From contig JAYWIR010000004.1 of the NCBI GenBank assembly GCA_036172245.1, forward strand, positions 1,364,001-1,428,000: a stretch of 64,000 nt of DNA, written 5' to 3'. This document shows, piece after piece, positions 1 through 12,900 of this stretch. The translations under genes and the position numbers were made by a program. Under the pieces are notes generated by a model that saw only the letters and a program-made list of their open reading frames with translations, ran no database searches and was not told the DNA's origin. This DNA is from Raillietiella orientalis (Eukaryota). The stretch's first letter is position 1; every line of letters begins with the position of its first letter.

Positions 1-330
1 CGGCAGTGGGGCACCGCGCGCGAAGAGGCGTTTTAAAGTGTCCCTGGAGCCGCCCGCCGGGGTTCCCAGGATCGTCGCGAGGAGATCTCAAAGGAGTCGG
101 AGGGAAGCATAGTCCAACAGCAGGTACGGGAGGGTCTCTTTCTTCCCGCACCTGTCGCACTGAGCATCCACGCTCTCCCTCCGTGTCCAGGGGAGAAGAC
201 GTGCTTTGCATGGGATTTTATCCCAGCAACACCAGCAATGCCGCCCCCTGCCACTCGAGGGGTAGGACGCCACTGTTCTAGCACACTAGGGACCGTTTCA
301 CCTCCTCCGGAGGGATTCCAAGCATCTCTC
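1..330 (-). mobile_element. Decayed L1/Tx1-like LINE ORF2 C-terminus (CCHC zinc-knuckle region), running off the window start
   Basis: Minus-strand translation ...AQCDRCGKKETLPYLLLDYASLRLL*DLLATIL resembles the CxxC-ETxxH-L-C-LW knuckle of APE-type LINEs, and resembles the 20600-20780 relic. Confidence 0.6.
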
Positions 331-345
331 CCTAGCGTACTTTAT

Positions 346-3300
346 AGGATGATGGGAATACTTCGGGGTTCTTCTGCTTTCGCTGCTTTCCTTCCAGCTT
401 TTTTTTTTTTCTTCTGGTTTTCCTTTTTTATATTTTTTGGCCCTCCAGGAGTGCTGAGGAACCGTCCGCCTCTGTTGGGGACTCACGAGGTTCTTTGGAG
501 CTGCTCCATGCTACCCGAGGGTGCACGAAACTCTTCTAGTTTTAGGGGGGTGCTCCGGCAAGGGACCCCCTATGAACTCACGAAGGTTCCGGAGGAAGCA
601 GTCCGTTCCTCTTACGCTTGGGAGGGAACCCTGAAGGGAAACCACCTCTTCCTTGTTCTCTCCAGAGGGACTCCTCGTTTCTTCTCGTTTCTTCTGCATC
701 TTTGGGTTCCGAGTTTCTCCTGCAATGGCGCTGGTTGGCTAAGACATTCGGGCGTGGCACCGGTGGTGGTTTAAACCGAAGGCCCCCGATGAAGGCCGGA
801 ACAATGGGAGTCGACCTTCGGATGCTTCCAGGAATAAAGGAGTGGGGAGTTCCCCCTTCTGTCGTGCAACGGAGAGCGGACCCCCCTCACCGGAAGACCC
901 CTCCGGTTTCAAGATGAAGCAGGAGTCTTCATAGACACCTCTCCGATGTTCAAAGGAGCGGACCCTACCTGTTGAGGGGGTCCCGCCGAGTCGTCGCCTC
1001 TTCACAGAGTGCAAGGAAGCAAGCGAGAGCGATTCCCTGCGGGAAGCTGCAGAGCCCCTTCTGAGTTTCGGAAGCGTCCCTTCGGGGTTCTCTTCAGAGG
1101 AGTGAACAGGAGCGGTTCCCTCCGGAGACGAAATTCCTACTAGCGGATCCTTTCCGGGTTCCCTTCGGAGAAGATGAAATGGAGAGGATCACCCCCTTCT
1201 GGAAGGTCCCTCCGGAGAGAATGAGGAAGGAGATTCCCTTCCGGGTTTCCCTTCGGAAAGGGTGGAAGGTGCAATCTCCCCTAGCGTGAGAGGAACGGAC
1301 TTCGAGTCCTTCCTGGATTCATAGGGCGGACCGCCCCTTCCGGAGTGCCCCTATCTTGAAGAATAACACGCACCCTCCGTGGGTGGCGTGGAACAGTGTT
1401 AAAGAGCCACGTGAGCCGCGAGGCACGCGACTGGCTCTTGAGGTTCTTAGCGAACTAAAAAAAAGAAAACCTGAAAAAAAATGCTGGAAGGGAAAAAACA
1501 GCGAAGACAGAGAAGAACCCAAAAGGATTTCCAAGAAGAATTTCCAAGTTTCTCCTAAGGAAGAACCTGAAAAGGGTCCGCTCTTGGAATTCCTTCCCAG
1601 TAGGAAACCCACAAGAGTACAGCTCTTTGTTTCCTCCTATCTCCAATTTTCCCTGAAACGTCGCTCCCGAAGGGAGCAGCGCACTTCTCCACACTCTGGA
1701 GAGGTGTCGATCCCGATGGAAAGAGAAATTCACGGAAAGAGATGGAGATCTTTCCTTTCCAAAGGGGACATCCCCATTTGCACAGGCGGAGGAACATTCC
1801 GAGGGGAACCGACTCCTCGATTCCCGGAAGGACCCCGGAGGGTCCACTTCCTATCTCGGCTACTAATCGGGGCATCCGGCTTCGCCCAGTGCCGCACCCG
1901 AAGTCTACAGGCCAGTCGCATCATTCTGCAGGGAGGGGGTCTCGAAACCCAAGATGCAGCCTCCACATCTCCACTTCATCTATCTCCCACGCGGGGATTC
2001 GGACCCGCGACGCTCGGCGCAGCGCGCGGAGACGGCAGCCGTACGGCCGCCAACGCGGACAAGGAAGAACAATTTATTGAAGCAGATGCACATTATCGTA
2101 CACGGTTATTTATCTTGCACATTGGGAAAAATAAAGAATAAATAAGTAAGAACGAATTTTCGTCTTGAGTCTTAACTTTTTAGGACCTCGAGACTACAGA
2201 CTGTGAGGCCCGACCAGTTTGGATGCGCAGGTCGTCACCTCCACAATCCACAGATGCCAAATAGAAGGCTCCCATCCCGTTTCCAGAGGACCGTAAATTC
2301 GTTTTTTGACTTCCCTGTGAACCTAAATTCTCAAGCAGGGGGAGCGGGGGGGGGGACTTAGAAGTTCGTTTTAGTCTGTTCCTCGGGCAATGCGCTCGGG
2401 CGAAGTCGCACCACCATCCACTGCATGGCGGGTCTTCTGGAAAGGGACGCACGTTTGGAAGGGCGCTGCTTCCAAGAAGACATCCCCTCGCCCCGCTCGA
2501 GCCTGCTGAAGAGGGTGCGAAGACGCAAGCAAAAGCAGGCCAGAAAATGTGCCGATGGACGTCATCGCGTTGGGCCAAGAGCGTGGTCTCCAGCATCGGT
2601 CTTCGCTGGATCGGAAAGGCGCAGCGGTGAAACCAGGAGCAGTGGGGATGGCGACGAGGCATCCCCCCCGGAGCAAACCTCGCCGCTGCCTCGCTGCGCA
2701 ACGTGAGCGTCGCATTCACCTACTGCGCGCCCCTCGTCCGCGTTGAACGACGCCAAAGAGGACCGACGCTCTCCACCACGCCGACGGAATGGAGCGTTTG
2801 TTCGGGAATGCCTACCGGGTCTCGTCTTGAGATACGTCCGTGCTGCTTAGCCAGAGGCAGACCACCTCTCGCCCGTCCGGGAGGCGGGCTTTCCGCATCT
2901 CGCCACAGTCTTCCCGACGCGCAAGGAGCCGACCGACGGGTGTGGCCGACCCGATTCGGTTCTCTTGGCTGCGCGCGCGATCGGAAAATCCTCGACGGAG
3001 CAATCCGCGGCGCCAGACCGAAGGAGCTGAGAAAGGGAACTCTCGGGAGCTCCAGAGAGGTGGACGGAGGCGGTGAGCCACGGCGAGACGCGCGCGTGGT
3101 AAGGGCCGTCAGCGACCGCGACGCAGGCTCGAAGCAGAGGCGGAGGGAATCCCGGGAGACGGATTGTTCTCCTTAGGGAAAGCGTGGACGCCGAGGGAGG
3201 GCGTGGCATGGAGCGGAGGTCCCAAGCAGCGGAAAAGCCCACGGCAAAACGGGATGCTGACTAAGAAGGACATTTCTTCCTGATGAACGTCCCGTTTTGA

Positions 3301-5760
3301 CGAGAAGGCTGCGGATGGGTTGCATGGCAGCTCGAGGTTTTCTTAAGCAGCATGGGGAGAAGAGAGATCGGAACGGCCTAAAAAAAGAGGAGTTCGTGCA
3401 GCATCTATCCGCTCCATACAAAGTCATCTGGGAGGCTCGGACGACATCCAACCGACCTGGAAGTGAGCGCGGACTGCGCTGGCATCCGATTGCCTCTAGA
3501 CTTTTTTGTTCTCTCTCCACCTCGATGCGAGGACCGAGGCGGAACTTATTTGCCCCCTAAGATCCCTGGAAGCTGCACAGATGTCGTCGTCAACCAAGGC
3601 GATCTTGAGCGTCGGACTGAGGTTTCTGGAGCGCGCTGTTCCCCTTTGGTTCCGACCAAGAGGTGATGTCGCGGATCGCGGAGAAATTGGAGGAGGAAGA
3701 AGGGAAAGGATGCAAGCGAGACGAAAGGAGGCAGGAAGAGCGGACTCCCGGAACGAGCGATGCTCGGAGAGCTGCGGGTTCGAAGGGAAATTCTTTGCAC
3801 AGAAGGTGCTGCATGCTGACGGCAACTTGGAGAAAACTCACTGATAAGAAGAGTAACTCTGCTCAAGTGATCAGGACGGGAACGGTCGTCGCTGCTCCTC
3901 CTCCGTCTTATTTTGCTCGATTAAAAGTGACCTTCTCGATCACGATGCCTTGCGGTGACCGTTCGGTTGATCGCTGCATGCGTAGTATCGATCTCTGTTG
4001 GAACAGGAGTTGAATGAGGAATGCCTTGGTTCTCAGGTCAAATGATAGCCGCATTTGGATGCATCATTAAGGAAGTGTCCTCGTGATCCCTGATCAGTTT
4101 TTTTTTCGAGAGAGAGAGAGAATGATGCGATCATAGGAATAATTGAAAATGGACCGTGCGAAACACCGAGGCTGGAACGCATTTCGAGGTTCGCAGCTTT
4201 GAACGTTCGAGTTGGACAGAGTCTTATAATGGTGGAATGTGAGAGGCATCCATCATTCGTCCCATCTTTGGCCTCGTAATGTCGGCCAGGAAACCCTCAG
4301 GGCACGTCGAAAAGGGTGCTCTCCCCAAACCGAGCGCTTGTACTGAGCAAGTGCGCGGAAACTGGTTCGGGCATTGGCCGGAATCGAGTGACCACACCGT
4401 GTCAGAACCAGAAGCATCCTCGCTTAGGAGAACCTTCAGAGTGCTAGCCCGTTAGCCGAGGACTGCACGCAGCAATTCAGCAAGCTAAGAAGAGCGAGGA
4501 AGCTTGAAAATCATCTGCCATCCAGTGCCACCTGGACACACCTGGCATCTCTGATTCAAACCTGGAATTTGTGGCTCGAGCGCTCGGAAAAGACTTTATG
4601 ATGCCAACTCTGGGATAACTGCGGTGCCTCCTCGTCTCTTTGGCTGCCTGAATCAGCACAGCAGAAGCATTCCGCGCTCGTGATGCTGGTAATAACCTGG
4701 AAAATTGAATAAACAGGAACATTTGGGACACCATGAAGCCTTCGGGGATCCGAGAAAGCATCCGAGCAAGGTACGTGGACACAACCAAGCTACGAGATGA
4801 CTCACCTTCCGTGGTTTTTCCAGATCGCTGCAAGGCAACTGGGCAGATGCAGCTTTGAGATTCAAATCGAAGAATGTCAACTGGGAAAGCATCAAAGATT
4901 ACTGCCCCATGTTCCTTATTGAACCACGATCTTTGCGTTGATTGTTTCTCGTTCTAGAAATCCAGAAGTATCCACAATTTGAATTTCCAAAAGACCTCGT
5001 AGAGGTCTTTAGAGGAAACGACGTTCCCACTCGCAAATCATGTGGGAAACCGTCGCTGCTTGGGTTCTTTGGACGGTTGCAGCACAGCAGAGCTGGATAA
5101 ATACGGCGCATCATCCAAAATGGGAGCAAGTGTTTTTCGGTACGTGTGCCGTCTTAGATACTACACTTTGATAAGCTGCGCGCGGGAGCGGAAATCCAAG
5201 CGGATGAAAGAGGAAGATCGCAGCTCACCTTCTCCAAGCTGGCACCGGTAGCTGGCACCGATCCTCCCCTTTTCTATCGAAGCTTTCAGTTCCTTTCGAA
5301 TTGTTTGGCCGATGGCTCTGCTTTGAGAAGAACTATAGAATCTGTCCGCAAGCAGCGTCCGTTCATCGAGCTCTTTTGCCCACATCCTGAAGGACCGAGT
5401 ACAGAACGCGGAGGAAGAACTTCCAAATGGAAGGGCTCCTCCCTCCTTAACGTTCCCGATGCTTCCTGGAGATACGACTGCCTCTAGATCAGAATCTTAT
5501 TCTGTCTCCATAGGTGAGCTGAAATCCTGGTTGGGGAAGATTCGAGGCCAGAGTAGATCGTTACCTCGTGATCACCAAGAATTCCTGGAACGACAGGCGT
5601 CAGACAAATCACACGTTCATGTGACTCGTGAACTTGTTTGTGAAGATGCTGCTGACAGGTACAGAACCTTCTATCATCATTTATTAGACTAGAGGGCAGC
5701 GAGATCTTGCCAAAGACGCTCTTCTCAGGTTCTCTCTCCCTCCCCCCCTTCCCTCCCATT
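346..5760 (+). mobile_element. Old, heavily decayed L1/Tx1-like non-LTR retrotransposon, interrupted by an inverted insertion at about 690-1533
   Basis: 5' module at 346-680 is similar to 17492-17830. Homology resumes at 1541 (TTTCCAAGTTTCTCCTAAGGAAGAACC vs TTTCAACTTCTCCGAAGAGAACC at 17909). APE-like remnants DVIALGQE (about 2558), IHLLRAP (about 2714), VSDRD (about 3110), and linker EGKFFA (about 3782). Many stops and frameshifts. 3' boundary uncertain. Confidence 0.55.
690..1533 (-). mobile_element. 5'-end fragment (about 0.84 kb) of the same LINE family, younger copy, antisense
   Basis: Reverse complement aligns near-colinearly with 52925-53749 and with 17499-18010, including the pyrimidine tract and the hairpin at 1402-1439. 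Confidence 0.85.
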
Positions 5761-6474
5761 GAATGACTAAGTTTTTAGGAACAAACGAAATACCAGTGGA
5801 GGAAGGAGGGAAAAGCAGCAGACATTTATTATCTTGCTGAACACTGGGAAAGGAGAAATAGCCGCCTCGGGCAATCAATTGTTTTCTTGTCTCAGCTGCT
5901 ACCGGAAGGAAGAGGACTGCATCGAGGGGAACACTGAATGCAATGGAAGTCCCTAAAAGGAAAACTGAAGCAGGGATTCCCAGGAAGGACCTCGAAGGCG
6001 CGATGTATCACCAGAAACGACAATGAGCTACCCAGGTAATGAGAACTGAGGATACCCATACTGAAACTGTTAAGAACTTGGCAGGGAATCTTGAGCCATG
6101 TGAGATGCACAACCATGAAGGCACCGGTCTGTTTCCCTCCTTTATCTTCTTTTCTTTTTTTTTTCCCCTTTTCGGAGAGAGAAATACTGACGTATGATCC
6201 AAAAGTACCTTCATTCGCAAGCTGGTATGCAGACTTTTAGAGGTTTAAAGAATAATATCTGCTAATTGGAGACCATTTGCTAGATACAAGCGGTTCCGTA
6301 CGAGAGTTAGCTTTGTTCTCTTCGTCTCTGTGGATCGATCGTTCGTTCCATGAAGAAAAGGGTCAGAAGTCACGATTTCGGAAGAGGCAAAGGAATGTAA
6401 TCAAAGATGGGATAGCCAGAAAGTGTTGCAGTATGCTGAAAAACTCAAAAGAACAAATGTGTTGGAACCGTTAC

Positions 6475-6700
6475 AATCCGTTTTATGGGTTTTCGTTCCA
6501 TAAAACGGATTGAACACCTGAGGTGTTCAACATGAAAATAACATGAGCTTTTCAGCTCATTTTCTTGTTAAACACCCGAGATCATCAATGAGACACGAAT
6601 ATCGCATCCTTTCAAAAGTTATCATCCTACGACTACCAGAATAAACCTTCAGATTGCACATTAGATATTAGATATTATGTGACTATATCTAATCACATAT
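6475..6700. repeat. Cluster of short perfect inverted repeats
   Basis: AATCCGTTTTATGG/CCATAAAACGGATT (6475-6511), TTGAACACC/GGTGTTCAA (6510-6530), ATGAGCT/AGCTCAT (6543-6560), and TTAGATAT/ATATCTAA at about 6668-6693. Confidence 0.85.
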
Positions 6701-7899
6701 ACTTCAACTTGTGATGATGACGATAATCACGTTATTCTTTTATTTTATTAATGGTACATAGATAGATACATACGTAGTTGCAGACGCAGATGCAGTTGCA
6801 GGTATACATGCAGGCATGCACACACAAGCACTTTTGATCTCGAAATATTTGTCGAATCCCAGGAAAATTCCAACGATCGTAGAAATCTGCTCCAGGAATT
6901 GCGTCGATGGCGTCTGGATCTGAGGCGCTATCATTACGAGGAACAAGCGAAAGAGAAGGCATTGCTCCAAGCGCGCTGTGATGGATTTTTGCTCATTTCG
7001 CCCATTCCCCTTTCATTTACATAGCTGGAGAGCACGGTGCATGAAATGTTGAAGACATTTCTATGATTTTGCAGGAGACGCGAAGGAAGAAATCCGCTTC
7101 GATGAAATGAAAGGAATGGGAACACGGAAATCCTTTTATTCCCATTTTCATTTCTTTTTGCATCTCATCTCCTTTCTTCAGTGCGACAGAAATTTCGGAC
7201 TGCAGGAATCTGAAATCCTCCAAAAGAAGGCTAATGTGTGAGAAGCAGGTCCTGCCAGAATTCAAAAGTCTCTGAAACTCCGGCATTTTGCTTAGAGTAG
7301 TTCATTTGTAATTAGACTGCTTGTATGGCTGTCAAAGAGTACCATGCACCCATGCTTGAGGAACATCTCTTCAAGAACACGAAAGTCCTAAGGAAAGGGA
7401 GCTGCTACGATTGAATTAAAAGGAAGCTGCGGCGTTCGTATGCACCACGAGGATGCTGCACATTGATATTTTCTTTGGGGCTTCTAGACGCATCGAGATG
7501 GGGAAATTGGCCGATCACGGGTGAAGAAATACTGACGTCTACGGAACTGGATCTGGAGGAGGCATGATGGCATGAGTGTGGGAAAAAACGAGATGAGATT
7601 CAAAGGAAGTGTCGTTTCGCGCGAAGAAAGAAGGGTTTTCCGCTGCGTGAAGGTTGCAATTGCGAAACGACTTCCTTGATGCTGTATCTCCATGAAAAAA
7701 AAGAAAAAAAAACAGCTACTGCATGCATCCAGAGTGTATGGCAAAATGGGGGACATGTCCGGACCGAGGGTTGAAGACATGTAGACGGAGCGAAGCCAAC
7801 CAGTCGAACAGGAGAAGATGGGAGACGTGGACGTAGGTAGAAGACTGACAGATTGAAGGCTAAAAAGAATGTGGAAACGAGAATCATCGAACCGGCGGC

Positions 7900-9118
7900 C
7901 TTCAGCGCGAGTTTTTCAAGTCTGCTGATGTAGCCCCAGCTCCACCGCTCCAGTTCTCATCACCTCTTAAGATGTAGCATGACGAAAACCTTGAGCCTTT
8001 TCGAAACGTATGAGATCTGAACGAGTGGTCCCGCATGAGGTCGTGGATTCGGTCGACTCTAACTAGAGTGAGGGTGAACAGCCTTTTTTGCAACAGGAAG
8101 ACTAACATCCGGTGTCTGTCTGTGAGAAGCAGGAACCCAACTCTGGGCGGAAAACCAGCAAAAGAACGAACCACAGGCAAGACGACTTGCAATGGACGTA
8201 CAATTCAGAAAATAGATAGGGACAGTAATTTTTTTTCCCTCCTGCAGTAGAGGAAACCGTTCTTGAGCAGGATCACGAACAGAGGAGAACCTCGAGTGTA
8301 ACCTCGGTGAGATGACAAACCAGAGGGCCGAGCCACTCGAAACTGTCCCTCCTCGAGCCTCGTTGCGCTTAGCCGCAAAGCCGGACTTGCGGCGAGCGGA
8401 TTTTGAGTGGCTCACCTGCAGGAAGAGGAATTGGTAAGTCTCGTTGCCCCTTGAACGCCGAGGATACTTTCGCCCCCACTTTGCTAAGTACATCCATGTT
8501 GAGGAAGGAATCTAAAAAACAGATGAGGAAGAGGCTCACGTCATCTGTCATCTCACGCTGATCCCAGCGCCTTTTGTCAGACGCGTTGAACCAGGGCGTG
8601 GACCATGATGCCGAAAGGCACCATCCTGAAAGATCAAAATCCCGAAAGTGTAATTCATCATTTTTTGAGGAAGTTTCATTAACTGAGTGTTGGGATGATG
8701 CGAAAATGAAATGCGCAGCACGGCAAGTACAAAAAACAATGGCGGCGGACAAAATGACGGAAGAATAAAAAAAAAGTAGGAAACAGGGAAAACAAAAATG
8801 AAAAAAAAAATTCGGCATATGGAAAAGTGAAGAGGAGGAGCTCCCGAACGGATGAGGTGGACGTGGCCGGAACACAGTCTGTGGGACGTCCAGATGCATG
8901 CAACCCGTTGTGGCATCCGTCGTACCACAACTTCCATGATCAGGAAGTAAGTGTGGAAGATGGCGGAGAGTCCCTCCTTACATTCGTACTCTCGTAGCTG
9001 TTAACTGGGAAAATAAAAAGGGATAGATTGTGGACAATCGCGCGGAAGTGATCCATAAGAGCTGGCCGACTTTCACGATCATTAACTCCGTTTCGAAGTC
9101 TTGCATGGCGATGAATAT
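7900..9118 (+). mobile_element. Decayed RLE-type (R2/NeSL group) LINE 3' portion
   Basis: + strand remnants STLTRVRVNSLF (about 8053) and AAKPDL...*VSLPLE...AKY (8372-8491) match the PD-(D/E)-x-P-x-E...KY restriction-like endonuclease layout. Confidence 0.5.
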
Positions 9119-9915
9119 GCAACGCCACAATCCCGAAAATGGCGATTCCCATTAGAAAAAAATAAGGCCATCTAAGAGAGATAGAGAACTGAATTGGTGA
9201 TTCGTGATTGCCCTGGTCGTTTACAAAGATCGCTGTTGGCTTGACGGTTCCTCCATTTTTTTCTTTTTTTTTCCTTGAAGGACCACCTAGAGGTGCGAAC
9301 GTACCGAGAGTCACAATCCCTTACGTGCATTCTCCGGTTTCTGCGCGCACTTTTTCTCGCAAAGCACGCAGCAATCGGCCCAGGAAGTGAAGCACCGCGG
9401 AAGACCGGAGCCTCCTGCACGCGCCATCTGGGAAGTGGCACGTGCTTACAACACAGTGGAAGGCTCTTGTGACATTGTCCTAGGATTCCCAGGAGATGGG
9501 ACAATTTAATAGGGAATGCTCGTGTCGGTGTATATCGAATCATGGAAGAATTCCAAAAAGAGCAGCGCCACGCGGAAAATGAACGCCTAGCAGAGCCATG
9601 CCTTAAAGGAAGAACAGCAGCTATTCATCGCCATGCAAGACTTCAAAACGGAGTTAATGATCGTGAAAGTCGGCCAGCTCTTATGGACCACCTCCGCGGC
9701 GATTACCCACAATCTATCCCGTTTTATTTTCAAAGTTAACAGCTATAAGAGTGCAAATATGAGGAGGGAGTCTCCGCCATCTTTCACTCTTCCTTCCTGG
9801 TGATGGAAGTTGTGGTACGACGGACGTCACAACGGGTTGCATGCATAGTGACGTCATGCAGGCCGTATTGTGGCGACATCCTTCTCATCCGTTTAAAGAG
9901 TTTCTCTTCTCCATG
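8820..9915. repeat. Long inverted repeat, core arms 8885-9118 and 9622-9855, about 500 nt spacer
   Basis: Arms share long exact blocks such as GGAAGTTGTGGTACGACGGA and GGAGTTAATGATCGTGAAAGTCGGCCAGCTCTTATGGA in opposite orientation. Weaker similarity extends to about 8820 and 9915. Confidence 0.92.
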
Positions 9916-9949
9916 AGGCTGTTGCACGTGTTGGGCATCATCCGGCAAT

Positions 9950-12900
9950 CGTCCAAGCCGATGTGCTCATTTAATAGACGTTACGAATGTAGAGAATGCA
10001 CGAGACAACCACGAGCTGCCTCGCTTTATCCGCATACATCCGCGGAACACCTAGTCCATGGAGGACTGAAGTCCCAAGTCCCCAAGGTTCAGTGATAATG
10101 GCCAGAGCCTTTCCATCGACTCCTTTCTTGGATTTCTGGTTGTCAACATCTTAGTATTTGGGTACTTCCTCGTTCCTGGCAATGCTGAAGACTTCTTCCT
10201 CATTCTCAAAGGGGCAAGCTGCGTCCAGCATCACCATCCCGTTGCCCATCTGTTTACCAGATTTGGCCTGAGAGCGGAACCAGGGCCAGGCACGCGCTGA
10301 TTCGTGGACATACCGGTTTCCATTTGCTGTTCCCACCGCTACTGTCTTGATCCCGTCCGCAGTCGCATCGTGACTGGCCGTGTACAGACGGGAGTGCTCC
10401 GTGAAGTGATCTGTCACGTGAGGCAACAGCTCGTCTCACAGATCAAAACGGCGACATAAGGGATCAGCCTCCCTCCTCCAGGCAGCTCCCTTTATGAAAA
10501 GCAGATTCAGCCATGCAGCGTGGATGAATCTGCAATCCACAGATCTCAGTTTGTCCCTATTTGTAAGGCAGATCGAAGAGCGATGCAGTATGACGCAGAG
10601 CATAGCTTTCCCTTGATTCAGACGCTTCTTTACCTTGTCAAAGCTGAATTCATTCAGACGCTTTTTTGCTTCTTTCTCGCGTTGTGCATATCCCACTGAT
10701 TTTGTTAAACTTCCCAAGTGTTCCGCCCGACATAAATTTGCGAAGATCATTCTCCATGAGTATCAAGAGAATTTTCTTCAGCAGCACCTCACGAAGAGTT
10801 TCATGGGCTCATGTTCTGACGGCATCACCTGGTGAGGATAAAAACTTGAAGCAGCCTTCCATGATGAAACCATCAGTCTCATCTTATAGCTTTGCGAGAC
10901 CAAGACAGAATTCATTGGTTTCCCTGGATAAGAGGTGCAGCAGCGTCTTCATCATTCGTCTTATTTTTTTATTCATATATTTCCAGTCCTCCTCTTTGTG
11001 CGCTCCCTGTCCTTCGTAGTGTACGAGGCTAAGAAAAAGAGGACTTCCATAGCATCAATTCTTTGCCAAGTTGAAGGACCACCATCAAGGATGAATTCAG
11101 CTTTGGCAAGGATTTCTTGGTTAGAAGGATGAGTGTTAAATATTTCAGTCTCAAACGGCCTTCCTAGATACTCATGAGTCCCTGATATATTTGTTTTGGG
11201 AATTGAACCACTGCTGGAAGTCAAGTCCAATGGTCTCCAAACTTGAGGGGTCTTGCCACAAAAAGAAAGGGCATGAGCAGTTGGAAGGAGTACTTGCTGA
11301 ACCAGCCCTATAGACCAGATCCTCAAAATGACGTAGCCTAATACTTAGATCCTTGTCGGGATCCACAAGGATGACCGGATCATCGGCCTACATCAAAAGG
11401 ACTCCTCACCGGAACTCTCCCTCATTGCACGACGGATTGGTTCCAATGTTAAGATGAATAGAAGTGAACTCAAGGGACACCCCTGTTTCACACCTCGTCG
11501 CAGGTGAAAAAATCTCGTTACAGAGGGTTTTAGTTGAGTATGCACGTCTTCAGCAGTTTCAAGGGAAGTGAGCCCAACTCCAGGTTCCGCTAATGCTCTT
11601 AGCATCATGGTATGCAAGATGGTGGTGCCAGAAGCATTGGTAAATGCAACGACAGCCATTCTAATTTTCCTAGATTGCCGACGTTTGGCATCCAGTCGAG
11701 TTTGCAGAACAGTGTTCTGGTCAAGAACTCCATCGGAGGAAAGAAATCCCTTCTGCTACAGACCACTTTGTTTTCCCGAATCCATTCTGCAACTTTGTAG
11801 ATAGGCATTTCGTGTAAATTCTGTTGCCATGGAAATTGTTCTCCAGCTGCCAATCTCTTTTAATGAGGTTTTCGGGACTAAAATTGTCCGGGTACACTTC
11901 CACTTTTCTGGAACTCGGCTGAATTTTAATAATAATTTGAACACAAGCGTTAGAATGGTTGCTTCCGGATCAAACGGCCTCCATCCGGAATATGTAATTC
12001 CGCCTAAATACGGAAGAATCCCCTTCAGCTAGACCGTGCGTAAGAGCATGGAAACCTCTTCTTGCGCGAAGGGAGACGTTTCTAGGGGAGACAGCTGGCT
12101 TTCTCTCTCTGGTAGTAGTAGGTATTCTAGAAGGTCATCATCAGTTTCTTTGGTGAGCTCCAGTTGATGCTAGAAATGCTCCTCGATGGCCTTTTGATTA
12201 GCCGAGTATCTGAGCTCTTGTTGATTCCAAATTGCTCGCACTTCCCTTCTTCGATTCAGATTGCAAAGTTTTAAACTGCAGAATTTTTAAATTGCATTCG
12301 GCTTCTTGGTGCGCAGTTTCAGAAGATTTCTGCTAAGAACAGGGCGCACTTTTTCCAAAAAGGATTCGAAACTTTCTTGTCATCTAGTAGCTGTTGAAAG
12401 CAATTTCCTGCTTCCAAAAATTGTCACGTAAAATTTCCATCTCCCGCTGTACCTTTTCCTCTCTTCCTACTCCTTTTCCAGAGCTGTTAACTGTACTTCA
12501 CTTAAAGTTGGCAATGCTTCCCATAGTCTCCCACTTTCTCATCAGCGTCCAAAAAAGACATCAACTCACCTTTTTTCTAAAATCCTCCCTCTATCAATTT
12601 AAGGATTTCATCTTGCATTCGTCGCTTCTATTAGAGAACTGCGGGTCAAAGATATTCTCTTTCGCAACAGGCGGAGGGAGTACAGTGTTCCAAGAAGCAT
12701 CCGATAGAGGCGAGAGTCGTTCCAGAGAAGGCAAAGGCAAAGCAGGATGCACTTTCAAACCATTTTCTTCTTGCTCTAAAACCGAAGATTTCTTATGCTT
12801 CCATTCAATGGGAATCCCAACAATTCCTTGAAGGTTTCCAAAGAGACCATCCTGACACGGATGGATTCGAGAAGAGGCAAATCTTGAACCTCTTCTTTGT

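Noticed and set aside
1356..2141. 261-aa ORF, and similar long GC-rich ORFs at 15364-16083, 17723-18469 and 56460-57119
   Set aside because: They cross TE junctions or lie within decayed LINE copies, have low-complexity R/P/G/S composition, and the frames are not preserved between copies.
3280..3310. CTGATGA followed by a CGTC/GACG stem, hammerhead-like
   Set aside because: The stem is followed by AGAAG rather than GAAA, and no stems I and III with an NUH site could be formed.
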